64,000 nucleotides of DNA, from assembly GCA_964016885.1 (NCBI GenBank), contig OZ024742.1:351974001-352038000 (forward strand). Direction: 5' to 3'. Position 1 is the first letter of the stretch, and each line of letters starts with the position of its first letter. Origin of the DNA: Eledone cirrhosa (lineage: Eukaryota). The position numbers and the translations under genes were made by a program. Under the pieces are notes generated by a model. The model was not told the origin of the DNA and searched no databases. It saw only the letters and a list, made by a program, of their open reading frames with translations. Shown here in pieces: positions 1 to 13,963 of the stretch.

Positions 1-215
1 ATATCAACATCATCTTCATCATCATCATGAACATCATCATCATCATCATCATCATCCCCATCATCATCATCATAACCATCAACATCACCATCATCATCAT
101 CATCAACATCATCATCATCGCCATCATCAGCATGGTCATCATCATCATCACCATCATCATCATCATTATCATTGTCATCATCATCATCCCCATCGTCATC
201 CTCATCTTCATCTTC
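1..215. repeat. Degenerate (CAT)n trinucleotide repeat
   Basis: Continuous catcatcat with variants; explains the poly-Ile ORF 27..305. Confidence 0.95.
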
Positions 216-356
216 ATCATCTGTGGCATCAACATTGGCATGTTGATGCCACAGATGTTATCATTAATACCACCATCCCCAACATCACCAAACGTATCAA
301 AATAGCAATAAGTGAAACACACAAGGAAGATACCACCAGCAGTAATATCATTAGAG

Positions 357-1967
357 AACATCAACACCACCAACAATAACACCACCAACACCAACACCAA
401 CAGCAATAACAACAACACCAACACCATCAACAACACCACCAACACCAACAACACCAACACCACCAACACCAACACCAATAACAACAACACAACCAACACC
501 AACACCACCAACACCAACAACACCAATACCATCAACACCAACAATACCAACACCACCTACACCAACAACAACACCGCCAACACCAACAACACCAACACCA
601 CCAACACCAACATCAACACCACCAACACCAACAACACCAACACCACCAACACCAACATCAACACCACCAACACCAACAACACCAACAACATCAACACCAA
701 CAACAATAACACCAACACCAACACCATCAACACCAACAATACCAACACCACCAACACCAACAACAACGCCACCAACACCATCAACACCAACACCACCAAC
801 ACCAACAAGAACACCACCAACACCAACAATACCAACACCATCAACACCAACACCAATAACAACAACACCAACACCATCAACACCAACAATAGCAACACCA
901 CCAACACCACCAACACCACCAACACCAACACCACCAACACCAACACCAATAACAACAACACCAACACCATCAACACCAACAACACCAACACCACCACCAC
1001 CACCAACAACACCAATAACAACAACACCAACACCACCAACAACAACACCAAAACCAACACCGACAACACCTACAACAGCAACAACACCAACAACACCACC
1101 AACACCACCACCAACAACAACACCAGCAACACCACCAACACCACCACCACCAACAACACCACCAACACCAGCACCATCAACAACACCAACAACACCACCA
1201 ACACCACCACCACCAACAACACCAGCAACACCACCGATACCAACAACACCGACAACACCAACAACACCAACAACACCACCACCACCAACAACATCACCAC
1301 CACCAACTACACCACCAACACCGACAACACCACCACCACCGACAACATCACCACCACCAACTACACCACCAACACCGACAACACCACCACCACCAACAAC
1401 ATCACCACCACCAACAACACCACCACCACCAACAACACCACCACCACCAACATCACCACCACCGACAACATCACCACCACCACCACCAACTACACCACCA
1501 CCACCGACAACACCACCACCGCCAACAACACCAACAACACCACCACCACCAACAACATCACCACCACCAACTACACCACCACCACCAACAACATCACCAC
1601 CACCAACAACACCACCACCACCAACAACACCACCACCACCAACATCACCACCACCGACAACATCACCACCACCACCACCAACTACACCACCACCACCGAC
1701 AACACCACCACCACCAACAACACCAACAACACCACCACCACCAACAACACCACCACCACCAACTACACCACCACCACCGACAACACCACCACCACCAACA
1801 ACACCAACAACACCAACAACACCAACAACACCACCACCACCAACAACATCACCACCACCAACTACACCACCAAAACCGACAACAACATCACCACCACCAA
1901 CAACATCACCACCACCAACAACATCACCACCACCGACAACACCACCACCACCGACAACACCGACAAC
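357..1967. repeat. (AAC/ACC)n cryptic trinucleotide array with higher-order ~192 bp duplication
   Basis: Almost purely C/A sequence; aacatcaccaccaccgacaacatc recurs at 1449 and 1641. Confidence 0.93.
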
Positions 1968-2057
1968 ATGGTATGAGAGGAGGAAATGAGAAGTAGATGA
2001 GTGGAGTAAAGTTTAGCGAGTGCAGATGTAGCACCATCATTACATGCAGCTGCACTC

Positions 2058-2785
2058 TTGTTGTTGTTGGTAGTGTTGGTGGTGTTGGTGGTGGTGGTGT
2101 TGTTGATGGTGGTGGTGTGGGTGTTGGTGTTGGTGTTGGTGGTGGTGGTGTTGTTATTGTTGGTGGTGTTGTTGTTGGTATTAGTGGTGGTGGTGATGGT
2201 GTTGGTGTTGGTGGTGGTGGTGTTGTTGATGGTGGTGGTGTGGGTGTTGGTGTTGGTGGTGGTGGTGTTGTTATTGTTGGTGGTGTTGGTGTTGGTGCTG
2301 GTGGTGGTGTTGGTGTTAGTGTTGGTGGTGGTGGTGTTGGTGGTGTTGGTGTTAGTGTTGGTGGTGGTGGTGTTGGTGGTGTTGGTGTTGGTGGTGGTGG
2401 TGTTGTTGTTGGTGGTGTTGTTGGTGTCGGTGTTGGTGGTGGTGTTGTTATTGTTGGTGGTGTTGGTGTTGGTGTTAGTGGTGTTGGTGTTGGTGTTGGT
2501 GGTGGTGGTGTTGGTGTTGGTGGTGGTAGTGTTGGTGATGTTTGTGTTGTTGGTGGTGGTGGTGTTGGTGTTGGTGTTGTTGGTGGTGTTGTTATTGTTG
2601 GTGGTGTTGGTGTTGGTGTTGGTGGTGCTGTTGGTGTTGGTGGTGGTGGTGGTGTTGGTGTTGTTGGTGGTGGTGGTGTTGGTGCTGTTGGTGGTGTTTG
2701 TGTTATTGGTGGTGTTAGTGTTAGTTGTTGATGTTGCTTTTGTTGTTGATGTTTTTGTTGTTGATGTTGTTGTTGTTGATGTTGA

Positions 2786-2820
<35 letters not shown>

Positions 2821-2990
2821 CTGTTGTTCTTGATGTTGATGTTGTTGTTGTTGTTGATGGTGTTGTAGTTATTGTTGTTATTGTTTGTTGTTAATGTTGC
2901 TGTTGTTGATGTTGTTGTTGTTTTTAGTGGTGTTGTTGTTGGTGGTGGTGTTGGTGTTGATGATGTTGTTGTTAGTGGTGTTGTTGTTTT
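2058..2990. repeat. (GGT/GTT)n array, reverse-complement composition of the preceding array
   Basis: ggtgttggtggt runs grading into gttgat. Confidence 0.93.
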
Positions 2991-3037
2991 TTTATGTTAT
3001 GCTGTTGGTGTTTCCTACTCTTCTGCTTCTTCTTACT

Positions 3038-3172
3038 ATCTGAGTTCAAATCCAGACGAGGTTAACTTTGCCGCACATCCTTACGCGATCAATGTAAAGT
3101 ACCAGTAATTCACTGTTTCCATGCACCCCCCCCCCGCAACATTGCTGCCCTTGTGGCTAAAGTAGAAATAAT
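3038..3172 (+). mobile_element. 5'-truncated tRNA-derived CORE-type SINE (octopus-type)
   Basis: B-box GAGTTCAAATCC, core gttaactttgcc..catcc..aaagtaccagt and tail aaagtagaaataatt, matching the full copy at 23523. Confidence 0.75.
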
Positions 3173-3205
3173 TATTACAAATATTATCCTGGATAATAAT
3201 ACTGT

Positions 3206-3266
<61 letters not shown>

Positions 3267-3417
3267 GGTGGTGGTGGTGGTGGTTTTGTTGGCAGCATCA
3301 GCAGCAGTAGTAGTATTAGTAGTAGTATTAGTAGTATTAGTGGTGGTGGTGGTCGTATGGTGGTCGGCATAGTAGTAGTAGCAAAAGCCGCAGACGTATT
3401 AGTATTATTATTATTAT

Positions 3418-3473
<56 letters not shown>

Positions 3474-3535
3474 ATTCGAACTACGTTGATATTAATATGA
3501 TAACATATATAACTTTGAGACTAATGCGATTCGTA

Positions 3536-3566
<31 letters not shown>

Positions 3567-4275
3567 GCACAATTACCACCAACACCACCACAACCACCAC
3601 CATCATCACCAGCACCCGCACCACCACAACAACAACAACAACAAGCTATACAGTTTTGCCTAAATAACATCTTCAACAACAGGAACAGCTGCAAATCAAA
3701 TTGTAACTGCAATTAAAAGAAAATTATTCGACAGGAGAAAAAGTAAAAAAGCACTATGAACACATCATACCACTACTAACATTACTACTACTGCTACTAC
3801 TACTACTAATGTCACTACTACTACTACTACTAACATAACTATTACTGCTACTAATACCACTACTAACACTACTACTACTGCTACTACTACCGCTACTAAC
3901 GTTACTACTACTGCTACTACTACCACTACTACCACTAATACTACTACTACTAACACTACTACTACTGCTACTACTACTACAACTAACATTACTACTACTG
4001 CTACTACTACTACTACTACTGCTGCTACTACTACTACTACTACTAACATTACTACTACTGCTACTACTACTACTACTGCTACTACTACTACTACTATTGC
4101 TACGACTACTGCTACTACTACTACTGCTGCTGCTGCTACTACTACTGATATTACTACTACTACTAATGTTGATGTTGCTGCTGATGTTGTTGCTGCTGCT
4201 GCTAGTGCTACTACTACTGTTGCTGCTGGTGATGATACTACAACTACTACTAATAATAATAATAATAATAATAAT
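3206..4275. repeat. Compound (TAG)n/(GGT)n/(CTA)n/(TAA)n microsatellite region
   Basis: Direct reading; gives poly-S/V/L ORFs. Confidence 0.9.
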
Positions 4276-4453
4276 TGTTTCTACTTTAGGCACAAGGCCA
4301 GCAATTACCCAGTGCATTACTGGTACTTTATTTTATCGACCCTGTAAGGATGAAAGGCAAAGTCAACCTCGGCGGGATTTGAACTCAGATTGTAAAGGGA
4401 CGTAACTATGATGTAAAGCATGGCGTCCGACCCTCTACCGATACTGCCAATCC
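4273..4453 (-). mobile_element. Near full-length tRNA-derived CORE-type SINE
   Basis: Reverse strand reads tggattggcagtatcggtagagggtcggacgcc (A-box), gagttcaaatcccgccgagg (B-box), then ctttgcctttcatccttacagggtcgataaaataaagtaccag core; ends in (TTA)n. Confidence 0.9.
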
Positions 4454-4455
4454 AA

Positions 4456-5400
4456 TGATTTCATTTATTGGCCACAAGGGCCGACATATAGGAGACAATA
4501 CAAAAGACTGGGACAGTGGGGTTTTACAGAAAAATCGAGTAAACAATATGAATAACAATAACAAAGTAACATTAAAAATACAACAATAAAAATTCCCCTA
4601 TAAGGGGATGACCACCCAGGGTTCGCTCGGGTACCCCACCTATCTTGAACGACACGATGTTTCGAGAGTACCCTGGAAGGGCACCCCTCTCCTCCTCAAA
4701 TTTACCCACCTACAGCCGCATGACCAGAGTAGGCCCACGCACACAGGCCATTATCGCCACATGCACCCACCTTTCAGCAAATGTCCTGGGGGGCAACACT
4801 TCTCTCTCCACCCTCATCTTCCTTGTATGGTGGACGAGGTTGAAAGGACCGAAGACAGACCCTTTTCTGTTGGTGATGGATTGGCCGAAGAGAAAAGTGT
4901 CTGTCTTCAGTCCTTTCAACTTCGTCCGCCATACAACATCTTTCATTACTGCCACTAGACAGGGGAAATTGCCTGCCCTTCCTGGCCAAAAGAAGGCGGC
5001 GGGTCGATCTTCACTATGGACTCGGCCGATGGCCGGATCCGTTCTACACGCGACAACAGCTGTTCGACATAACTCCACATGTCAGTAATGCATGGACACT
5101 GGACGAGTGCGTGCAGAACGGTTTCGTAGCTCTACGTGCATCGCGGGCAGGTCCGTCTGACAGCACTTCGGTGCCTGTAGAGTTTATCTCTAACCGGCAG
5201 TGCCCCTCGGTAGCACTGCCAAGCGAGGGATTTTTGGAAATTATCCATCGTCCCCGGCTCGAAAGTCCTCCGGAACAGACTGGTTATTTCGACTTCGCCG
5301 CTCCCAGAGCCTCTCCAAGTGGGTCGTCGCACTTCCCCACCACTAATCCTCTATAGAACTCGAAAGTGGAAGTTCCACTGACCGCATTTCCCACCTGGTA
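4456..5400 (-). mobile_element. L1/Tx1-clade LINE 3' fragment (zf-RVT domain + 3' UTR), frameshifted
   Basis: MDNFQKSLAWQCYRGALPVRDKLYRH..CPRC..ETVLHALVQCP is the C-terminal CCHC/zf-RVT signature of L1/Tx1 ORF2; then AVMKDVVWRTK; AATAAA near 4465 on the minus strand. Confidence 0.85.
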
Positions 5401-6349
5401 GTCCTACTACTACTAATAATAATACTACTATATTCACAACCATTACCACAGGCAATCCTATCACAAACACCTCCACAATGGAAACAATTTAAACAACCAA
5501 AAACTACAAATGCATTAACAAGAACCACATCAGCCAATATAATCCTAACTACAACCCTCTCCTGGAACTTCCTTTGCTGCCTTCACTATCACCTTTACCA
5601 GTAGCACAACAATAATTGCCACCATCACACCTAGCATGACTAACACAGAACAAGGGTTGTGTATTTTAGATCTGAACGGTAGAGAAATACGATGAAAAAT
5701 GTAACATGAATGTGTAGAGTTCACTCGGTCATTCAGGTGGCTACCTATATGCCATATGTTTTGCTTGATGAGGGCTGGCTTGGAGTTACAAAACTCATAC
5801 AATAAGGGTACCAAATACTAGATCACACTATCCAGCGTTAGATAAACCCATTTTTTTCTAAAAGTACAATTGATAAAACAGACAAAATCAAGAGAAACTA
5901 GATAAGTGTAAGGAGGAATATGAACAACTTGGCAAGACATATCAGATATATCTAGAGGACGAGAACCATTTACATATCGGAGGAGGGTGTCTTCTCGAGT
6001 TGGCGAAGTAATTAGGCTGTTCGGGGAACTTGGACAACACAGGGCTAGACAGCGGCCACCGTTAAATGGGACTCTGAATGAGGGCCTGGTTTGTGAAATG
6101 TTTAAATTCGAGTAAAACTAGGAAGAAGTGTTAACCTTGCGTTAGGTGAAACCAAAGATATGTTTAGAAATATCTTCATCAATATCTTCCATCCCCTCCC
6201 TATATCAACATTACTTATATCGATATCGTCACTTCCATCATTCTGCTTCAATATCATCATCTAGAAGAGGGTTATCAGAATCACTTGAATCCTATATAGT
6301 TGGTCAGACCCTGGAAAGCCTCGATTGTCTTTCACGTTATCAACGTTTT

Positions 6350-6590
6350 CACCACCATCATCATCATCAAAAGCAGCAGCAGCACCAACACATCCATCAT
6401 CATCATCGTCATCATTATCAACAACATCATCATCATCATCATCATCATCAACGTCAGCATTGTCATGGTCCGCTCAAACATTATCTTCATCTTCAATTGT
6501 ATCATCAAAACCAAAATATTATCACATTATTATCATCATCATCATCATCATCATCACCATCATAATCATCATCATCCTCATATTCATCAT
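6350..6590. repeat. (CAT)n degenerate microsatellite
   Basis: Direct reading; poly-His/Ile/Ser ORFs. Confidence 0.9.
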
Positions 6591-7410
6591 AATTTACATC
6601 AACGAGTGAACTCTGTCAAGAAAACATAGACATATCAAACAAACTTTAGCCGCATATTTACCACCAATGAATACCAAATAAGTTGCCTTATTGGTTAAAA
6701 AATCAATAGTTTCTATTAGATATTATGGAATATTGATGACATGAAATAATTCGCAGTTTTGTGTAAGTCTAAATACACTTGTTATATAAATAGATATTTT
6801 TACACATCAAAAAATACATCGCTTTAAACAAAGCTAAACTGTTTGTCACCACTGATCCAAAAATGAATCTTCACGTACTTGCTCACTCTACTAGAAAAGC
6901 AACTATATATCATTCGAAAAGAAAAACAATTAGAAATATTATCAATTAATCAAATAGAAATCTGGAAGTTATTTAATCTGGGTGCAGTTTAGTAATAATA
7001 GTTAAGAAATTAGTATAATAATATCTACACTGACTGAAAAAAATGACAAGTCAATCAATCGTATTGGAAGCCGCCCCACAGGCCCTGCGGACAGAATGGA
7101 GAAGGCATTGCCCCAGAGGACGGCAAGGGAGGCGCGTTTGAAAAGCCATTCCAGGTCGCGAGGCTCACACCTGTGGCTGGCCAGCGTCTGATTAATGAAA
7201 GTGTCTGGAATTAAATATTCAGCACTTGTTTAACTAAAAACATGCAATATTCCCCGCATGAAGGCGACGTCTTCCATGCTTCTATTTGAAACAATATCTA
7301 TAACTTTCTCAAATGTTTATCCTGTTTCTTTTAACATATCCTTGTTAATTTAGATCAAATTAAAAGAAATATAATTATTTGATATTGACTAAAGAATATT
7401 TTAATCAGAG

Positions 7411-7594
7411 TTAGCCCTTTAGCATTAAACCGGCCATATCCGGCCACTCATACCAACGTTAAGGTATTGTTCTCAAAATAAATTATATAAACATCTCATA
7501 GATTTGGTATAATGTGATATAATTATGTGAGATAAAGCCTTTACCACAAAAATACAATAGTAAATACAGAGTAATATAAATGCTAAATAGTTAA
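7411..7594. mobile_element. piggyBac-type non-autonomous MITE
   Basis: TTAG-CCCTTTAGCATT ... AATGCTAAATAG-TTAA (TIR plus TTAA-like TSD); reverse-complement homologue at 42672-42900. Confidence 0.7.
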
Positions 7595-9185
7595 TCAAGA
7601 CAACGTTTGGAAAAAACATGGCTCATTTATTTTGTGAAACCTGGTTCTAATATAGTTTATCGTAGCCTATGCTTAAGAGAAGTACCACATATTTCGCTGC
7701 CTTTCTTCCTCTAATCCCCAATGTATTATAGGTTCCAATGTTTACGTCACAATAATTCTACATTATATTACAACACTACTATTGTGTCATGTACTTCAAA
7801 GTTTAATAAAATATTATTTCATATTTTTTATTTGGAATAACATAACTGAAAATATTAAAATAACAAAATGTATATAGCATATGTAATTGTACATTTTTTT
7901 TTAAACGTGCGTGTGTTAGCTATCTTTCGCTTCTAACGTGATCAATAAAACTAATAGATCGAAGCAAAAATCACAAAAAAGTACTAAGGCCAATGTAATC
8001 GATTAAAATATTTAATTGATGTGTCCCAGCGTAGTTTCAGTGGAATGAGTAGATCCAGTAACAAAATAAAACAATGCAACGTGATATGTTAAATCAAAGA
8101 AGAGCCAATACATTATTTCCCTGGGCATCTGCGCTAAGCATAGGCAAACATTACGGAGAATCAAAATGCCAACTGTCAAAGCAACGGCAGCACGAGCAAA
8201 CAAGCTGCATCGTTCGAGTTCAAAGAAAAAAATGGCTGCACTTTATATGAAAGAAAAACAAAATGAAATATAATATACGGCAGTGTTAATACGTTAACAA
8301 CGATTCTAACTATAGGGAGGATATCATAAAGCGATAAAGCTCATCACAGCAGCAATAACAATCATATGAACGACAGCATCGCAAACAATATTTCTAGAAA
8401 AATCAAAAGGCACACAAATTACTGCCAACGACACCAGCAGAAAATGAACAGCAACATAAAATACAACTATGGGATATATGAACATCAACCACATTTGTTA
8501 GTGACTCTTTCAGAAAAAACAATAACAAACATTAGCAAAAGCAAAAAAAGTCCCCCTAGCAAGGCATTATAAATTCTTTCATCGCTGAATTCAGGAATCG
8601 ATATCCAGTTTTTCTATAACTATATTATATGAATACGAGAGGCAACATCAGTGAAATTACGTGTGAGCTTTAGCATGGCTGATATTCTTGCTAAAAGTAG
8701 TAGCCATCTAGCCCATAACTCATACATTTTCAACTTTAATACAGTTTCATATCCCATAAGGTATTTCAGGGTTGATCTGCTATACCAGTGTTATCTAGAA
8801 ATTATCTACAACAAAACAATCAATAACCTAGTTTTCTCACCAATAAAAATCAAGCTTATCAAGTAAATAGAACTGCGCCTGATAGGATGAAGACTGATTC
8901 AATTGTTCGATGAAAGGAACGGCTGACTGACAGAGATAGCAATCCTATCGTTGAGTATTGTATAGGAATATTGACACTAACAACATTCTGCGGCAGAACC
9001 AGCTTCGTTTCCAAAACCAGTTCGCATAATCTCTTAACGAACTTAATAAATCGAAGGATATCTTCATCCATAATTAACACCACCACACCCACGCACACAC
9101 CCCACATATATATATGTATAAATGTACATATATATTTATAATGTATATATATATATACATATATGTATACATAACACACACACAG

Positions 9186-9570
<385 letters not shown>

Positions 9571-9675
9571 AAATTTAGCTCTGGTACTTACATAGACAAC
9601 TCTTCACTCCTATGACTTTTTCAATTTTCAACGGAAACTTCAATACGTATAAATATATATATATATATATATATA

Positions 9676-9987
9676 GGTAAACGGAAAAGAAAATGCTGAC
9701 AAATTGTTCACAGTGAAAAATAGTCTAATTAGGAATAAGTGAGAATTAGTAACAGTATTGTTTAGTATTCAGTTTTGGTTTTAAGTTCTACCGGTTGCGC
9801 ATTTCTAATGCTTTTCAAAAATAATTTCTATCTCAAAATTATTTTTGAAAAGCATTAGAAATGCACAACCGGTAGAACTTAAAACAAAAACTGAATGCTA
9901 ACCAATACTATTACTAATTCTCAGTTATTCCTAATTAAACTATTTTTCACTGTGAACAAACTGTCAGCATTTTCTTTTCCGTTTACC
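9676..9987. mobile_element. Fold-back element (~150 bp arms) carrying degenerate U3:A8 hammerhead motifs on both arms; putative Penelope-like pLTR
   Basis: ggtaaacggaaaagaaaatgctgac ... gtcagcattttcttttccgtttacc. The + arm 9842-9877 reads TTT-TTGAAAA-GCAT-tagaa-ATGC-ACAA-CCG-GTA-GAA; the - arm 9786-9821 has GCAA in place of GAAA. Confidence 0.7.
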
Positions 9988-10039
9988 AACATATCATAAC
10001 TTGTGTGTTACACCTCTATTCTTTTATAAATGTGTAAAT

Positions 10040-10072
<33 letters not shown>

Positions 10073-10082
10073 ACATGTATAA

Positions 10083-10206
<124 letters not shown>

Positions 10207-10209
10207 ATA

Positions 10210-11078
10210 TATTTATTACGGTTCTTATATATTTTATATATATTTATCCTTATGGAGCCCTCTTTGGATTTTAGTCTTCAGATTTGTTATTATTACTATA
10301 TATATATATATATATATAAGTATAAAGATCGGAATTAAGAGTATTCCGCAGTTCACTGTAATAATAATAATAGTATTAGCTCAAAGAAGAATAGAGTATT
10401 TTCTTCTGAGCTCAAATGCAACAAATATCTTACACAAATAGAAGTGTGTTACACAGTGAGATGTGTGTAAAGAATTATTACAAGTGTGTTTTACCGTTAC
10501 TGTATAGAAAACAATATCTACAGGTTTAGCAATTAAATAGAAAAAAACTAAGTCAGAATCAAATCTCTGATTTAGAGTTTTAAATTACCAACCTTATAAC
10601 TATAAGTTTGCTGATTCGAATCTCGCTTCGTTTCACCACTGATATATGCAGTATAACAGTTCACAGGATCCTCAGTCAGCAAATGTGGACACTGTTTACG
10701 ACACATCTAACCTCATGGATAGAGAGAAAGCTAATATACACGCTGCCCAGAGTAGGGCGAAATCACGTGTTATTTGCATCAAATAACGGCTCTCATGGAT
10801 TGAAGAAAGAGCTAGAGAGGGCAGCCCAATCATTCGAATTTATTAGCTCAACAATTTGGAGCTCGTTAAGTATAAAGATCGGATTTAAGAGTATTCCGCA
10901 GTTCACTGTAATAATAATAATAGTTTTAGCTCAAAGAAGAATAGAGAATTTTCTTCTGAGCTCAAAGGTTTAAGCAAAGAATCGCTGCCTTCACCCTTAA
11001 CGGGATCTTCAGAAGATTCCATTAAGGGTGAAAGCAGCGATTCTTTGCTTAAACTTTAATCTGTTATTTTAATAAATA
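10210..11078. mobile_element. Penelope-like pLTR fragments: ~98 bp direct repeat (10317/10867) plus hairpin 10965-11057 centred on TCTTC-A-GAAGA
   Basis: Segments are shared with 13787-13962; HHR-like CTGAAGA-TCCC-gttaa-GGGT-GAAA-GCA..TGC-TT. Confidence 0.6.
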
Positions 11079-11095
11079 TATATATATATATATAT

Positions 11096-11313
11096 GTAGA
11101 TAAATCTACCAAGAGTTTACGGTAGTGTCCAATCCGTATGAAGAACTCAATGTAATCCGGATATCATGGAAAGAAGAGATGCAATGAAAAATCACTTTCG
11201 GTGAAAGATAAACGGAATACAGAGTCAAGATAAAATATTAAAAAAATAATGAATAAAACAATGAAACAGTTCCTTATATTAAACAAAAAAAGTTCATTAT
11301 CCTAGAAACGATC

Positions 11314-11317
<4 letters not shown>
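11096..11317 (-). mobile_element. Fragment of the same family as 44367-44922
   Basis: Reverse complement of ~44700-44922 (tagataaatctaccaagagtttacggtag...gaaacagttccttatattaaac). Confidence 0.8.
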
Positions 11318-11388
<71 letters not shown>

Positions 11389-12132
11389 TGTATATATATA
11401 TACATATATATGTGCGTGTGTGTGTGTGTGTGTGTATTTCGTTAAATAAGTAGGCGTTATCACGACACCATACATGCTATCATCATCTTACCCTTAACAA
11501 ATAACATCCACAGAACCAACAGAAGCCGCAACATTCAATACTTTCTTCTAGTGAAATATTTAACTGCCGCTGCAATTGTTTGTCATATCCTGCTACTGCA
11601 TACAACAGCTTTGTAGAATATTAAAGGATCCACGTTAAATGTGAGGTACAATACTATTGTGTTATTGTCCAACTACTGAATGTATGGTTTACTCTTTATA
11701 TAGAAATATGTACGATCGTATTGTGCATGTATGTATGTATGTATGTCTGAATATATATTATGTATGAATGTATGTATGAACGTATCAACGTACGAGATTG
11801 AACATATATATTTATGAATGTACAAATAAAATACAGTTACTAACTCATATTGATACCCTGCAATTAACAAGCTCAAAGTATAAATACTGAGCATTATATA
11901 ATAATATATGTAGAAATATTTCTACATATATGTATGAATGTATGTATTTATGTATGTTCATATGATGTGAACAAGTATGTATGCATGTATGCATGTTATG
12001 TGTATGTATGAATGAATGTATGCATATATGTATGTTTGCATTATGTATGTATGTATGCATGTATGTGTGTCTGTGTGTATCTATGAATGTATGAATGTAT
12101 GTATATATGTATGTTTGTATTATGTATGTATG

Positions 12133-12645
12133 CAAAGCCTGGGCGGCGTGCCACAGCTTGAGATCGGTGTGGATGTCGGACCTTCGTAAATATTTGAAGA
12201 TCCGCATCTTCATTGCTGTAGTGAAGTCTGCGCTGCTGTATAGGTCTGAGACTTGGACACTGACCAAGAAACTCACTCAGATGGTGGATGGGTGCTACCC
12301 GAGAATGCTGAGGATGGCTCTGAACATTAATCAGTATACATTGAGGATGAACAACTCAGAGTTGTATGGGAGCCTCTGAAAATCCAGCTCAAAAGTTACA
12401 GAGAGGAGACTGAGGTTAGCTGGACATGCTCACCGACATCCAGAGTGAACATTGCACCCAGTGCTCCTGTGTGAGCCCCTACATGGACACACTGGAAGAG
12501 GAAGACCAAGGTTAACGTATGTTGATTCCCTAAGGGCAGACACTGGTCTATTGGAGACGCAGGACATGGCAGCGATAATGAGGGACAGAGATCGCTGGAG
12601 TGAACTTGTCCATGGATCTGGGAATTTTACCTACCCTAGAGAGAT
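12133..12645 (+). mobile_element. RTE-clade LINE 3' fragment in (ATGT)n tract
   Basis: KIRIFIAVVKSALLYRSETWTLT..DGCYPRMLRMAL, RRLRLAGH, GRGRPRLTYVD..RDRDRW are typical RTE post-RT C-terminal motifs; stops and frameshifts present. Confidence 0.85.
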
Positions 12646-13454
12646 GTATGCATGTATGTGTGTGTGTATCTATGAATGTATGAATGTATGAATATATATA
12701 CCTACGTATGTATGTTCGCATTAAGTGTGTATGTATATATGTGTGGATGTTTGTATGTTTCCAATATCTTCGTATGTATGTACATATTTACGTAAAAAAG
12801 TGTGTGTGGCTGTATGCATGCATGTATGTATATGCGTGCATGTATGCGCATTATTATATGTATATATGTATTCATTTTTGTATGTTATTGTCTTTAATGC
12901 TTTTACCCTGTAGGCGAGTGTATTAGTGGTTATTGGTATGTGATGTCATGTGTTCGATTCACGGCGTCGTATGCACTATTTCAGTTAGTATAGTTGCCCT
13001 CAGCCCCAAGTCATGTGTTGTAACTCTGCCTCAAGCAGGCAACATTGTCACAAACTGTGTCACGTTAAATCTCCATTACAACTAAGTTAAGTCTCCAAAT
13101 AAATGTGACATTCTCATCCATATCTACTTTATTTTCACGTCAGAGATTTCCCATGTTTCTACAGCTAGACATTCGTCAGAATCGAAGGATCTTGAATATC
13201 AATCGCAGATCATCACTGCTGTCCCTATCATAAATGATCCCTGCTTTTCTGTGATCTAGTATTCCAATGACTAAATCACATCCGCTATATGCATTGCGTT
13301 GTTATAAGAGATAATCTGTATTTTAGTCAAAGATATCTAGTATGAATATTTTTCGTAATTGGTGTGACATAATTAAGACACAGTTGGGTATTGAATCTAA
13401 TAGATAGAGTACTTACATGGAAATTACAACGTTGCATCAAATAAATATATATAT

Positions 13455-13648
13455 ATAACGAAGGAATTGTGTTAAGGAACCAGATGGACCATAACGCACC
13501 AAAGTACTCAATACTTAGTGTAGTAGTGTGGGTAATAGTAACAAGTATGACTCCGACGGCAGAGCTCAAGCCGTTTCGACGGCAATTTCTGGACAAAAAT
13601 AGACGTCGAAACGGCTTCAGATCTGCCGTCGGGGTCATACTTGTTCCT
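13455..13648. mobile_element. (TA)n-inserted fold-back element ('AGGAACCAG' family) with HHR 3' half
   Basis: aggaaccagatggaccataacgcaccaaagtactcaatact body; terminal hairpin agtatgactccgacggcagagctcaagccgtttcgacg / cgtcgaaacggc..gccgtcggggtcatact. Confidence 0.75.
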
Positions 13649-13661
13649 ATATATATACATA

Positions 13662-13962
<301 letters not shown>

Positions 13963-13963
13963 G

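Noticed and set aside
312-1976. 554-aa Thr/Asn-rich ORF resembling a mucin
   Set aside because: Built from AAC/ACC triplets that cannot produce stops; GTG start, no signal peptide or domain, and the antisense frames are also open. A repetitive exon cannot be fully excluded without RNA data.
1997-2894. Gly/Val-rich and poly-Val/Leu ORFs (silk- or shell-protein-like)
   Set aside because: Translations of (GGT/GTT)n open in multiple frames.
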